Source: an uncultured Oscillospiraceae bacterium
GTDB taxonomy: Bacteria > Bacillota > Clostridia > Oscillospirales > Oscillospiraceae
Direction of reading: 5' to 3'
DNA: 64,000 nt
Assembly (NCBI GenBank): GCA_947599925.1
Contig: CANQFT010000004.1
Coordinates: 59,349 to 123,348, forward strand
The notes under the pieces are model-generated. The model ran no database searches. It had not been told where the DNA came from and worked only from the letters and a program-made list of their open reading frames with translations. A program made the position numbers and the translations under genes. Shown here piece after piece: positions 48,210-57,281 of this stretch; position 1 is the first letter of the stretch, and every line of letters begins with the position of its first letter.

Positions 48210-49075
48210 GACTCGTTCTCCACGGTCTCGTAGACCTGGTACTCGGCCCAGATGTGCTCCAGCCGCTCCAGGTTTTTGGACAGCTCCTGCTTTTTCTCCC
48301 GGGCGATGGCCACGATGAGGGCGTTCACCAGGCTCAGCGGCGCCACCAGGGAGTCCACGAAGGAGACCATATCGCTCTTGGCCAGCAGAAGCCGCTGGGC
48401 GGTGGCGGCGAGGGGAGAGGTCTCGGAGTCGGTGATGGCGATGACCTGGGCGCCGCGGTCACGGGCGAACTCCATGGCCTTGACGGTGCGCTTGGAGTAG
48501 CGGGGGAAGCTGGCCCCCACCACCACGTCCTCCGGGCCCACCCGGAGGAGCTGTTCGAAGATCTCGCTGGCGGAGGAGACGGAGACCAGGGTCACGTTGT
48601 CGAAGATCAGGTTGAAGTAGAAGGCCAGGAAGGTGGAGATGGCGCTGGCGGAGCGGACGCCCAGGATGTAGATGCGCCTGGCCCGGACGATGTCCTGAAC
48701 GGCGCCGTCGAAGTGGGAGCGGTCGATCTGTTCCAGGGTCATGCGGAGCTTTTCCATGTCCGAGTGCATGACCATGGAGAGAATGTCCTGGCTGCCGATG
48801 CGGTCGTCGCTGACCTCGATGCGCTGGATGGAGGTGAGCTTGTTGCGGATCATCTCCTGCAGGGCCCGCTGCATGGCGGGGTAGCCGTCGTAGCCCAGCT
48901 CCGCGGCGAAGCGGACCACGGTGGACTCGCTGACCTTCACCGTCTGGCCCAGCTTGCTGGCGGTCATAAAGGCGGCCTTGTCATAGGAGTGGAGAATATA
49001 GTTGGCGATGAGCTTCTGGCCCTTGGAAAAGGTGGGCATCTGGTTTTCTATCGCGGAGAGAATATCCCGATTCAT
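48206..49075 (-). CDS. MurR/RpiR family transcriptional regulator (HTH + SIS domain)
   Basis: MNRDILSAIENQMPTFSKGQKLIANYIL...SESTVVRFA..LGY.G (HTH_6), followed by a SIS domain. Start at ATG 49075. Confidence 0.88.
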   Translation of the reverse strand: MNRDILSAIENQMPTFSKGQKLIANYILHSYDKAAFMTASKLGQTVKVSESTVVRFAAELGYDGYPAMQRALQEMIRNKLTSIQRIEVSDDRIGSQDILSMVMHSDMEKLRMTLEQIDRSHFDGAVQDIVRARRIYILGVRSASAISTFLAFYFNLIFDNVTLVSVSSASEIFEQLLRVGPEDVVVGASFPRYSKRTVKAMEFARDRGAQVIAITDSETSPLAATAQRLLLAKSDMVSFVDSLVAPLSLVNALIVAIAREKKQELSKNLERLEHIWAEYQVYETVENES

Positions 49076-49182
49076 AGCGGTATTGGACCTCCCGGACACA
49101 AAATTCGCGTGTGCCCCCATCATATCCCAATTCCCCGGCAAAAGCAAGTGGCTCTGCAAGAAAAATTTCAAGCCGGCGCGGG

Positions 49183-49878
49183 TCAGAGGTCCCGGAGGGC
49201 CGACACCTCGGCGGCGGTCAGCCTCCGCCAGCGGCCGCGGGGCAGACTGCCCAGGGAGAGGGGGCCCTCCCGCACCCGCTTGAGGCGGATGACCTCCAGC
49301 CCCGCCAGGGCGCACATCCGGCGGACCTGGCGGTTCTTGCCCTGGCGGATGATGACGCAGAGCCGGTCTCCTCCCAGCGCCCGGACCTGGGCCGGGGCCA
49401 GAGGTTGGCCGTCCAGCTCCATGGGCCCCTCCAGAATGGGCAGGGCGGCGTCCACATCGCCGGAGACGGTGACGATGTATTCCTTTTCCACCTGGTGGCT
49501 GGGGTGGGTGAGGCGGTGGGTGAGGGCGCCGTCGTTGGTCAAAAGCAGCAGCCCCTCCGAGTCCCAGTCCAGCCGCCCCACGGGCCAGACCCGGACGGGG
49601 CAGTCGGCCACCAGGTCGGCCACGGTGGGCCGGTCCTTTTCATCGGAGAGGGTGGTGATATAGCCGCGGGGCTTGTGGAGCATCAGGTATGTAGGGGCTC
49701 CGGGCCCGGAGAGGGGCGCCCCGTCCACCAGGATCTTGTCCCGCGCCGGGTCCGCCTTTTGGCCCAGGACGGCGGTCTGGCCGTTGACAGTGACCCGCCC
49801 GGCGGCCAGGTAGCGCTCCGCCTGCCGCCGGGAGCAGACACCGGCGGCGGAGAGGAGCTTTTGCAGACGTTCTTCCAA
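49183..49878 (-). CDS. rluB: Pseudouridine synthase, RsuA/RluB family
   Basis: S4 domain (RLQKLLSAAGVCSRRQAE..I..GRV.VNG), catalytic GRLDWDSEGLLLLTNDG, and KEY.V.V. Confidence 0.9.
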   Translation of the reverse strand: MEERLQKLLSAAGVCSRRQAERYLAAGRVTVNGQTAVLGQKADPARDKILVDGAPLSGPGAPTYLMLHKPRGYITTLSDEKDRPTVADLVADCPVRVWPVGRLDWDSEGLLLLTNDGALTHRLTHPSHQVEKEYIVTVSGDVDAALPILEGPMELDGQPLAPAQVRALGGDRLCVIIRQGKNRQVRRMCALAGLEVIRLKRVREGPLSLGSLPRGRWRRLTAAEVSALRDL

Positions 49879-49893
49879 GGGCCTTGCCCCCTT

Positions 49894-50958
49894 TCAGCGT
49901 TTGCGGTCGTCCGGCGCGCCGACGGCGGCCACCAGGTCGGTCCGGCCCAGTTCCCGCCCGTCCAGGTAAAAGGTCAGGCTGCCCACTTTCTGGCCCGGAG
50001 ACACGGGGGCGTCCAACCGGCGGGGCAGGTCCAGCGCGGCGGTGACGGTCTCGGAGGAGGCCAGGCAGGCCCGGACGTCGGCGGCGGTCTCCACCCGGAC
50101 CGCCGGGACCAGACTGCCGGAGACGGCCACAGGGCCCAGGTCCTTGCCCCGGCGGCAGAGGAGGTGGGAGCGGTAGGCGGAGAAGCCGTAGTCCAGAAGG
50201 GCGGCGTGGTCGGCCCAGTCGTCGCCGTCACAGAGGGTGACGGCGATGAGGGTGGTCCCGCCCCGCATGGCGGCGGAGACCAGGGTCCGGCCCGCTTTCT
50301 GGGTGTAGCCTGTTTTCAGGCCCACGCAGCCGGGGTAATTCCACAGGAGCTTGTTGTGGTTTTGGATGGTCCGGCTGCCCAGGGTGACGGACTTGGTGGC
50401 GGCGATCTGGGCCAGCAGAGGGTGGGCCAGGACGCTCCGGGCACACAGGGCCATGTCGTAGGCGCAGGAGTAGTGGTCCTCCTGCTCCAGACCGCTGGGG
50501 TTGGAGAAGTGGGAGCGGGTCATGCCCAGGCGCTGGGCGGTGCGGTTCATGGCCTGGGCAAATGCCTCCACGCTGCCCGCGCAGTGGATGGCGATGGCGT
50601 TGGCCGCGTCGTTGCCGGAGCGCAGGAGCAGTCCGTAGAGAAGGTGCCGCAGGGGTAGGACCTCCCCGGCGGCCAGGTACATGGAGGAGCCCTCGGCCCC
50701 CACAGCGGCGGGGTCCACCGTCACAGGCGTGTCAGCCTCCGGGCAGAGTTCCAGAGCGGTGAGGGCTGTGAGGAGTTTGGTGATGGAGGCGATGGAGCGG
50801 GTCTGGAACTGGTTTTGGGCATAAAGGACCCGGCCCGAGGACGCCTCCATCAAGATGGCGCACTGGGCCGAGGTGGACACCGCCTGGGCGGTGGGTGCGG
50901 GGCACAAAAGGGCGCAGAGGACCAGGGCCGACAGAAAAGACAGGGCTTTTTCGCGCAT
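49894..50958 (-). CDS. dacB: D-alanyl-D-alanine carboxypeptidase (serine-type, PBP5-like)
   Basis: Signal peptide, SIASITKLLT (SxxK), SGND (SxN), KTGYT (KTG). ATG 50958 preferred (GAGGTG RBS 8 nt upstream) over the track GTG 50967. Confidence 0.88.
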   Translation of the reverse strand: MREKALSFLSALVLCALLCPAPTAQAVSTSAQCAILMEASSGRVLYAQNQFQTRSIASITKLLTALTALELCPEADTPVTVDPAAVGAEGSSMYLAAGEVLPLRHLLYGLLLRSGNDAANAIAIHCAGSVEAFAQAMNRTAQRLGMTRSHFSNPSGLEQEDHYSCAYDMALCARSVLAHPLLAQIAATKSVTLGSRTIQNHNKLLWNYPGCVGLKTGYTQKAGRTLVSAAMRGGTTLIAVTLCDGDDWADHAALLDYGFSAYRSHLLCRRGKDLGPVAVSGSLVPAVRVETAADVRACLASSETVTAALDLPRRLDAPVSPGQKVGSLTFYLDGRELGRTDLVAAVGAPDDRKR

Positions 50959-51001
50959 ACAGGCCACACCTCACGGCTTGGTGAATGGCCTTAGTATGCC
51001 G

Positions 51002-51400
51002 TCAGAAGGTCTCTTTATCCCGCTTGCGCTGGTCCCAGAAGGCGGTGAATTTATCCATCAGGTCGGGCGCCATGTCGATGGCCCGGTCCACCGGGCCCGC
51101 CGGAGGCATCCCCACCGGCAGCAGGCGCACGTTTTCGCCCCGGACGACCAAAAAGGCCACCGGCTCCATTTTGACCCCGGCGCCGGAGCCGCCGCCGAAG
51201 TTGTTTTTTCCCTCGACGCGCGGGGTCTTGCCAAACTCGCTGCCGCCGCTGGCAAAGCCCAGGGACAGCCTGGAGATGGGAATGAGGGTGAGGCCGTCCG
51301 GGGTCTGGATGGGCTTGCCCACGACGGCGTCTACGTCGATCATCTCTTTGATCTTCTGCAGTGTGGTGGTCATCAGGTCATCGATGGGATGTTCACTCAT
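51002..51400 (-). CDS. ytfJ: Sporulation protein YtfJ (GerW family)
   Basis: 132 aa. D...V.GKPI...DG...IP.S....GF..GG.EF...GGG.GAG....P.AFLV. Confidence 0.85.
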   Translation of the reverse strand: MSEHPIDDLMTTTLQKIKEMIDVDAVVGKPIQTPDGLTLIPISRLSLGFASGGSEFGKTPRVEGKNNFGGGSGAGVKMEPVAFLVVRGENVRLLPVGMPPAGPVDRAIDMAPDLMDKFTAFWDQRKRDKETF

Positions 51401-51403
51401 AAC

Positions 51404-52021
51404 TTACGCCTCTTTCCTGATTTTTTCCGCTCTCTCCCGCTTGAGGCGAGAGGAATTTGACACGAATCGGACCAGCAGGGGCAGGGCCAGGGTGAGGAGC
51501 TGGCCCAGGCGAAGGGTCAAGACGGCGTCGGCATAGACGCTGGGCGAGGTCTGGTCAAAGTCCACCTGGCAGCCCAGGGAGCTTTTTTTCACCTTGAAGT
51601 TCTGGTCCACCAGGGCCCACAGCGCGCCCAGGGCGGCCTGGGCCCGGCCATAGCCCACGGCGGCGTCGGCGGGGTCGGCGGCGGCCCAAGTGACCCGCAG
51701 GTCCAGTCGGCGGATGGTCAGGCGCTTTTTGACGCCCTGGAGGGCGGGCCGGAGAAGGGGCAGGGCGGCCTGGACCGTGTCCAGCGGGCCGCCTTTTTTG
51801 TCGGTCGGCTCCGGCTCGGGCTGCTTTCCGGCGGCTTTTTTGGGCTTCTTTGCCTCTTTGTCCGCCTTGCGGGGCTTTTTCTTGGCCGGAAGCAGCTGGA
51901 TGGGGACGAACCAGACCTTCAGCCAGGCGCAAAGGCCGCTGTGGTCATAGCGGATGCGGCCGCCCAGGGGCAGCAGCCACAGCAGCGCGAGGACCAGAAC
52001 AATGATACCCAGAACTTTCAT
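51404..52021 (-). CDS. DUF2953-like sporulation-associated membrane protein
   Basis: N-terminal TM helix, a Lys/Pro-rich linker, and a conserved C-terminal region. The usual upstream partner of ytfJ in Clostridia/Bacilli. Confidence 0.7.
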   Translation of the reverse strand: MKVLGIIVLVLALLWLLPLGGRIRYDHSGLCAWLKVWFVPIQLLPAKKKPRKADKEAKKPKKAAGKQPEPEPTDKKGGPLDTVQAALPLLRPALQGVKKRLTIRRLDLRVTWAAADPADAAVGYGRAQAALGALWALVDQNFKVKKSSLGCQVDFDQTSPSVYADAVLTLRLGQLLTLALPLLVRFVSNSSRLKRERAEKIRKEA

Positions 52022-52843
52022 TTACAAGTCCTCATGGTGGGCGGCGGGTTCGTCGGCGTGGGCGGTTTCATCGGCATCGGCGTCGGCCAGCAGTTCCTCG
52101 AAGGTGTGGAGAAGGCCGTCGTCGGCGGCGTCCGGGCTGGGGGCGTCCGGGCTGGGAGGATCGTCGGTGGCGGGGAAGTCCTCCTGGCTGAGAGAGGCGG
52201 CGGCCTCCTCCGCGGCCAGCTTGGTGGCGGCGGCGATGAGCTCGTCGTCGGAGACGTCGGCCATCTCCTGCTGGGCCCGGAGCTTTTCGATGTTGGCCTG
52301 GAGCTCCAGGGTGATCTGGCCGTCCTCAGGCGTGGAGTTGGGCAGGTCCGGCAGGTCGGCCAAGGAGTTGAGGCCGAAGGAGCGCAGGAAGTTCTTGGTG
52401 GTGCGGTAGAGGATGGGGCGGCCGGGCACGGCCAGGCGGCCGCACTCCTCGATGAGTTCCCGCCCCAGCAGGAGGCCAACGGTGTAGGAGCTGTCCACGC
52501 CACGGACCTGGTCCACGTAGGCCCTGGTGGTGGGCTGGAAGTAGGCGATGATGCTCAGCACCTCCAAAGCGGGCTGGCTCAACTTGGCGGGCTTGCGGGA
52601 TTCGAAGGTCTGGCGGACGGCGTCGGCGTACTCCGGCGCGGAGCACATCTGCCAGGCGTTGTCCAGCTGGAGGACCCGGACGCCCCGGCGCTCGTAGCTC
52701 AACTGGTCGGACAGGTTGCGGCACAGCTTGTCCACCGTCTCCCGGTCCAGGTCCAGGGTCATGCACATCCGCTCCACGCCCACAGGCTCGCCCGCGGCGA
52801 ACAAGATGGCCTCGATGGTGTGCTGGACGTCTTTGAGTTCCAT
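52022..52843 (-). CDS. scpB: Segregation and condensation protein B with a long acidic C-terminal tail
   Basis: IEAILFAAGEPV...LS.PALE.L.IIAY.QP.TR..VD..RGV.S......L..R.LI...GR....GRP.LY.TT..FL. Start at ATG 52843 (AAGGAGG RBS). Confidence 0.9.
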   Translation of the reverse strand: MELKDVQHTIEAILFAAGEPVGVERMCMTLDLDRETVDKLCRNLSDQLSYERRGVRVLQLDNAWQMCSAPEYADAVRQTFESRKPAKLSQPALEVLSIIAYFQPTTRAYVDQVRGVDSSYTVGLLLGRELIEECGRLAVPGRPILYRTTKNFLRSFGLNSLADLPDLPNSTPEDGQITLELQANIEKLRAQQEMADVSDDELIAAATKLAAEEAAASLSQEDFPATDDPPSPDAPSPDAADDGLLHTFEELLADADADETAHADEPAAHHEDL

Positions 52844-52859
52844 GCTCTCCGCCTCCTTT

Positions 52860-53666
52860 TCAGTAGCTGTCCAGGTCCATGTCGGGCAGGTCCGGGTCGT
52901 CGTCGATGCAGGTGACGGTGCAGTCCTCGGCGGTGCCCGCCAAGAGGACGCGGCAGGCCTTGCACAGCTCCAGCACCGCCAGGAAGGTGGCCACGATCTC
53001 ACTGCGGCTGCGGCTGCCTTTGAACAGGGACAGGAACCGGGCCACGCCGAAGGAGCGCAGGCGCTGGATGACCTCGCCGGCCTTGTCGCTGACCGGGTAG
53101 GGTTCCCGGCCCACGATGCCCTCAAAGGCCGACATGGGCGGGGGCATCCGGTTGTCCAGCCGCTCCATGGTCAGGGAGATGGCCCGGTAGAGGTCCTGGG
53201 GCTGGTGCTGGTAGTGGTAGATCTTGTTCACCGGCAGGTGTTCAGGGGTCTTGGTGATATAGTCCCGGCCGTAGAGATACCGCTCCCCCAGTTGGGGCGC
53301 AACGGCCTGTATTTTCAGGTAGCTCTCGTGGTTCTGGTGGGCTTCCAGGTCGGCGATGAGCTGTTCCATCTCGCTCATGGCCTCCTCGTCGTGGATGGAC
53401 AGGAGCATCCGGGTCTTGATGTAGACCAGATGGGCCGCCATGGAGACGAACTCGCTGGCCACGTCCAGGTCCAGCTCCTTGCGCCGGTCCATCCAGGCCA
53501 GGTATTGGTCCAGGATCAGGGAGATCTGGATGTCCTTGATCTCCATTTTGTTCTTGGACAGCAGGCTCAAAATGAGGTCCAGAGGGCCGTTGAAGTCCTC
53601 CATGGCGTCCGCCCGCGCCTTGACCACGTGTTCCAGGTGGAACGTGAGCTCTTCCACGGCGCTCAC
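52860..53666 (-). CDS. scpA: Segregation and condensation protein A
   Basis: FNGPLDLILSLLSKNKMEIKDIQIS.I.DQYL......L..ASEF..MAA.L.YIK. GTG start; an in-frame GTG at 53657 is an alternative. Confidence 0.9.
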   Translation of the reverse strand: MSAVEELTFHLEHVVKARADAMEDFNGPLDLILSLLSKNKMEIKDIQISLILDQYLAWMDRRKELDLDVASEFVSMAAHLVYIKTRMLLSIHDEEAMSEMEQLIADLEAHQNHESYLKIQAVAPQLGERYLYGRDYITKTPEHLPVNKIYHYQHQPQDLYRAISLTMERLDNRMPPPMSAFEGIVGREPYPVSDKAGEVIQRLRSFGVARFLSLFKGSRSRSEIVATFLAVLELCKACRVLLAGTAEDCTVTCIDDDPDLPDMDLDSY

Positions 53667-53697
53667 CTCGCTTTCGGCTTGAAAATGGACCCTTGGA

Positions 53698-54372
53698 TCA
53701 AAACAGGGGATAGGGGAAGAAACTGAGGGTACAAAGGAGGTTCGTGAGGCGGGAGATCAGGGCGCTGAGCGGCCTGTCCAGCGCGCCCAGCCACACCAGG
53801 GCCAGCACTGCCAGCATGATGAAGCGCTCATAGCGCATGACGGCGTAATAGACCCGGTCGGGGAAAAAGGCGAAGAGGACCCGCGAGCCGTCCAGAGGCG
53901 GGACGGGGAAGAGGTTGAACACCCCAAGGCCCACGCTGAGCACAGCCGCCTGGATGAAAAAGCGAAGGAGGTAGAACTGCCACAGGGCGGTGAAGGGCAG
54001 CGCCCGCCACAGCAGACCGCCGCACAGCAGAAACAGCCAGGCCAACAGGAAGTTGCCCACGGGACCGGCCAGCGCGGTGAGGGCCATGTCCCGCTTGGGG
54101 TGTCGGAACCGCCGCATATCCACCGGCACGGGCTTGGCCCAGCCCACGTGGGCGGTGACCAGGAGCAGCAGACCCAGTGGGTCGATGTGCCGGATGGGGT
54201 TCAGGGTCAGCCGTCCGGCGTCTTTGGCGGTGGGGTCGCCCAGGCGGTAAGCGGTGAGGCCGTGGCACAGCTCGTGGACGGTGAGGCAGACCAGGGCCCC
54301 CACAGCGGAAAACAGCACGGTGAACAGCCCGTCCCAATCCATGTTGTCCAGAAAATAGGAGAGAGAACCCAC
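53698..54372 (-). CDS. Site-2 protease family (M50) membrane metalloprotease
   Basis: HELCHGLTA (HExxH) within a TM helix, NPIRHIDPLG, and a second metal-ligand region FNLFPVPPLDG. Confidence 0.88.
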   Translation of the reverse strand: MGSLSYFLDNMDWDGLFTVLFSAVGALVCLTVHELCHGLTAYRLGDPTAKDAGRLTLNPIRHIDPLGLLLLVTAHVGWAKPVPVDMRRFRHPKRDMALTALAGPVGNFLLAWLFLLCGGLLWRALPFTALWQFYLLRFFIQAAVLSVGLGVFNLFPVPPLDGSRVLFAFFPDRVYYAVMRYERFIMLAVLALVWLGALDRPLSALISRLTNLLCTLSFFPYPLF

Positions 54373-54472
54373 CGCGCCGCCCCCTTGGCTATATATTTCC
54401 AGGATAATTTATCATATCATACCCCCACGAAAAAAACAAGAGCCAGGTGAGGGGTCCGCCGGGCTGAGATGG

Positions 54473-54510
54473 TCAAAGGTCCTGGCGCCCGCGGGCGCCA
54501 GGACCTTTGA
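54473..54510. repeat. Perfect 38-bp palindrome
   Basis: tcaaaggtcctggcgcccg|cgggcgccaggacctttga. The two 19-nt halves are exact reverse complements. Confidence 0.95.
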
Positions 54511-54520
54511 TAAGCAAAGC

Positions 54521-54547
54521 ATCGGCCCCGGTCAACACCGGGGCCGA
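54521..54547 (-). terminator. Hairpin downstream of the small lipoprotein gene
   Basis: tcggccccgg-tcaaca-ccggggccga, a 10-bp stem about 30 nt after the stop at 54578. The U-tract is weak. Confidence 0.45.
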
Positions 54548-54577
54548 CGCTGTTTCATCGTAGGCTGTCGCGGGAAC

Positions 54578-54820
54578 TCAGCCCAGGTCCAGGCCGCTCA
54601 GGTCCAAATCGCTCAGGTCCACGTCGCCCAACATATCGACGATGTCCATGGCGTCCTGCTTGCAGTCGCTGCAGATGTTCATCTTCTCGCCCATGACATC
54701 GATGGTCTCGCAGCTCTTGGTCTCGCCGCAGATGTCGCAGGTGGTCTTGCCACTGCAGGCGGCCAGGGCAAAGAGCATGGACAGGGCCAGCAAAAGAACG
54801 ACAACTCTCTTCATTTTCAT
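54578..54820 (-). CDS. Small Cys-rich lipoprotein of unknown function
   Basis: MKMKRVVVLLLALSMLFALAAC (lipobox LAAC), then CDIC...CSDC and an acidic DLSDLDLSGLDLG tail. The start is ATG 54820 or ATG 54814. Confidence 0.65.
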   Translation of the reverse strand: MKMKRVVVLLLALSMLFALAACSGKTTCDICGETKSCETIDVMGEKMNICSDCKQDAMDIVDMLGDVDLSDLDLSGLDLG

Positions 54821-54898
54821 GTACCTCTCTCTTCTCAAAATTTTTATGTGACGCCCGCTGTGGGCGCCAAGGCATTGTAACAAATTTTCCCGCCGCTG

Positions 54899-55738
54899 TC
54901 AAGGGCTGTCTTGCCGCCACCGGAGGGCCCAGAAGGCCACGGCGCCGGCGGCGGCCACGTTGAGGGAGTCCACGCCGTGGGCCATGGGGATCTTCACGGT
55001 GTGGTCGCACTGGGCGATGGTGCGCGAGCCCAGGCCGTCCCCCTCGGTGCCCAGGACGATGGCCAGTCTGGGCGCGGCCTGGAGCTTGGGGTCGTCGATG
55101 TCCACGGTGTCGCGGCGCAGGGCCATGGCCACCGTCTGGAAGCCCAGGGCCCGGAGCCGGTCCAGCCCCGGCTGGGGCCACTGGCCGGCGGTATCACCGA
55201 TGCGGGTCCAGGGGATCTGGAACACCGCGCCCATGCTGACCCGCGCCGAGCGGCGGTAGAGGGGGTCACAGCAAGAGGGGGTCAGCAGGACCGCGTCCAT
55301 GCCCAGGGCCGCGGCGGAGCGGAAGATGGCGCCGATGTTGGTGTGGTCCACGATGTTCTCCAGCACGGCGACCCGGTGGGCGCCGGCGCACAGCGCCTCC
55401 ACCGGCGGCAGGGCCGGCCGCCGCATGGCGCAGAGGACGCCGCGGGTGAGGGGATAGCCGGTGAGCTGGGCCAGCAGAGCGCTGTCGCCGGTGTAGACGG
55501 GCACGTCTCCGCACCGGGCGATGACGGCGGCGCCCTGGCCGGAGAGGTGGCGGCGCTCCATGAGCAGGCTCACCGGCGCATAGCCCGCGTCCAGGGCCCG
55601 GAGGATGACCTTGGGGCTCTCGGCGATGAAAATGCCCAACTCCGGCTCCAGGCGGTTGCGAAGCTGGGCCTCGGTGAGACGGGCGTAGGCGTCCAGTTCC
55701 GGGGCCGCGAAGTCGGCGATCTCGACGATGTGGGGCAT
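54899..55738 (-). CDS. SpoU/TrmH family RNA 2'-O-methyltransferase
   Basis: N-terminal substrate-binding domain plus SPOUT motifs (LENIVDHTNIGAIFRSA, IVLGTEGDGL, IPM.HGVDSLNVAAA). Confidence 0.88.
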   Translation of the reverse strand: MPHIVEIADFAAPELDAYARLTEAQLRNRLEPELGIFIAESPKVILRALDAGYAPVSLLMERRHLSGQGAAVIARCGDVPVYTGDSALLAQLTGYPLTRGVLCAMRRPALPPVEALCAGAHRVAVLENIVDHTNIGAIFRSAAALGMDAVLLTPSCCDPLYRRSARVSMGAVFQIPWTRIGDTAGQWPQPGLDRLRALGFQTVAMALRRDTVDIDDPKLQAAPRLAIVLGTEGDGLGSRTIAQCDHTVKIPMAHGVDSLNVAAAGAVAFWALRWRQDSP

Positions 55739-55868
55739 GGGGATGGGACCTCCTTTCCTCTCTGGTTGGGATGGACAAAGTTTACAGTCCGTTCAAGCAA
55801 TCTGCGGGAAGTATGTGGTAAACTGGCTGTACGATGCGGAATTTGCCCCGGACACAAGGAGGTATGAC

Positions 55869-57236
55869 ATGACACAGTATCAGAATGTGCAGCGGTACAC
55901 GGAACAGATGGCGGCGCTGTGCCGGGAGTATGACGCGGTGCCAAGGGAACTCTATACGGAATTTGGCGTCAAGGCGGGACTGCGGGACGAGAACGGGCAG
56001 GGCGTGCTGGCCGGGTTGACCAACATCTCCGAGGTCAAGGCCTTTACCATGGTCAACGGCGAGAAAACGCCCTGCGAGGGCGAACTGCGCTACCGGGGCT
56101 ACGGCGTGACCGACCTGATCCACGGCAGCGCCGGGCAGCGCTTCGCCTTTGAGGAGACCGCCTTTCTGCTCATCTTCGGGCGTCTGCCCGATCTGGAGGA
56201 GTTGCGGGACTTTTGCGAGGCGCTGTCGGTGTGCCGGACCATGCCCACGAACTTCACCCGCGACGTCATCATGAAAGCGCCCAGCGGCGACGTGATGAAC
56301 ACCATGACGCGGAGCGTGCTGACCCTGGCCTCCTATGACAAGAAGGTGGGGGACTTGAGCGAGGAGAACGCCCTGCGCCAGTGCATCGGGCTCATCAGCG
56401 TGTTTCCCATGCTGGCCGTTTACGGCTACCACGCCTATAACCACTACCACAAGAACGCCAGTATGTATATCCACAGGCCCAACCCCAGGTATTCCGTGGC
56501 GGAAAACTTTCTGCGGATGCTCCGGCCGGACATGAAATATACGCCGCTGGAGGCGCGGGTGCTGGACGTGGCGCTGCTGCTCCACGCCGAGCACGGCGGC
56601 GGCAACAACTCCACTTTCACCACCCGCGTGGTCACCTCCTCCGGCTCGGACACCTATTCGGCCATGGCCGCGGCGCTGTGCTCCCTCAAGGGCAAGCGCC
56701 ACGGCGGGGCCAATATCATGGTCATGGACATGATGGACGACATCAAGCACCATGTGCGGGACTGGGCCGACGAGGACGAGGTGATGGCGTATCTGGCCAA
56801 GATCCTGAACAAAGAGGCCTTTGACCACAAGGGTTTGATCTACGGCATGGGCCACGCGGTCTACTCCCTGTCCGACCCGCGGGAAGTGGTGTTCAAGGGC
56901 TTTGTGGAAAAGCTGGCGGAGGAGAAGGGCAAGGGGAAGGAGCTGGCCCTCTACAACGCCGTGGAGTCCGCCGCGCCCAAGCTCATCGCCAAGGAGCGGA
57001 AGATATTCAAGGGCGTCAGCCCCAACGTGGACTTTTACAGCGGTTTTGTCTACCAGATGCTGGGCATCCCGGTGGAGCTTTACACGCCTCTGTTCGCCAT
57101 CGCCCGGATAGCCGGATGGAGCGCCCACCGCATGGAGGAGCTGATCTCGGCCAACAAGATCATCCGCCCGGCCTACAAGAGCCTGGCCGCGGCCAGGGAA
57201 TATGTGCCCAGAGAGGCGCGGGGCAGGGAAGGATAA
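55869..57236 (+). CDS. Citrate synthase (citrate/2-methylcitrate synthase family)
   Basis: LLLHAEHGGGNNSTFT, GKRHGGAN, GMGHAVY, DFYSG. Start at ATG 55869 (AAGGAGG RBS). Confidence 0.92.
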   Translation: MTQYQNVQRYTEQMAALCREYDAVPRELYTEFGVKAGLRDENGQGVLAGLTNISEVKAFTMVNGEKTPCEGELRYRGYGVTDLIHGSAGQRFAFEETAFLLIFGRLPDLEELRDFCEALSVCRTMPTNFTRDVIMKAPSGDVMNTMTRSVLTLASYDKKVGDLSEENALRQCIGLISVFPMLAVYGYHAYNHYHKNASMYIHRPNPRYSVAENFLRMLRPDMKYTPLEARVLDVALLLHAEHGGGNNSTFTTRVVTSSGSDTYSAMAAALCSLKGKRHGGANIMVMDMMDDIKHHVRDWADEDEVMAYLAKILNKEAFDHKGLIYGMGHAVYSLSDPREVVFKGFVEKLAEEKGKGKELALYNAVESAAPKLIAKERKIFKGVSPNVDFYSGFVYQMLGIPVELYTPLFAIARIAGWSAHRMEELISANKIIRPAYKSLAAAREYVPREARGREG

Positions 57237-57252
57237 CACGCCGCCGACGGAG

Positions 57253-57281
57253 GGGGACCCGGATGCCGGGTCCCCTTTTTT
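57253..57281 (+). terminator. Rho-independent terminator of the citrate synthase gene
   Basis: GGGGACCCGG-ATG-CCGGGTCCCC followed by TTTTTT. Confidence 0.8.
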
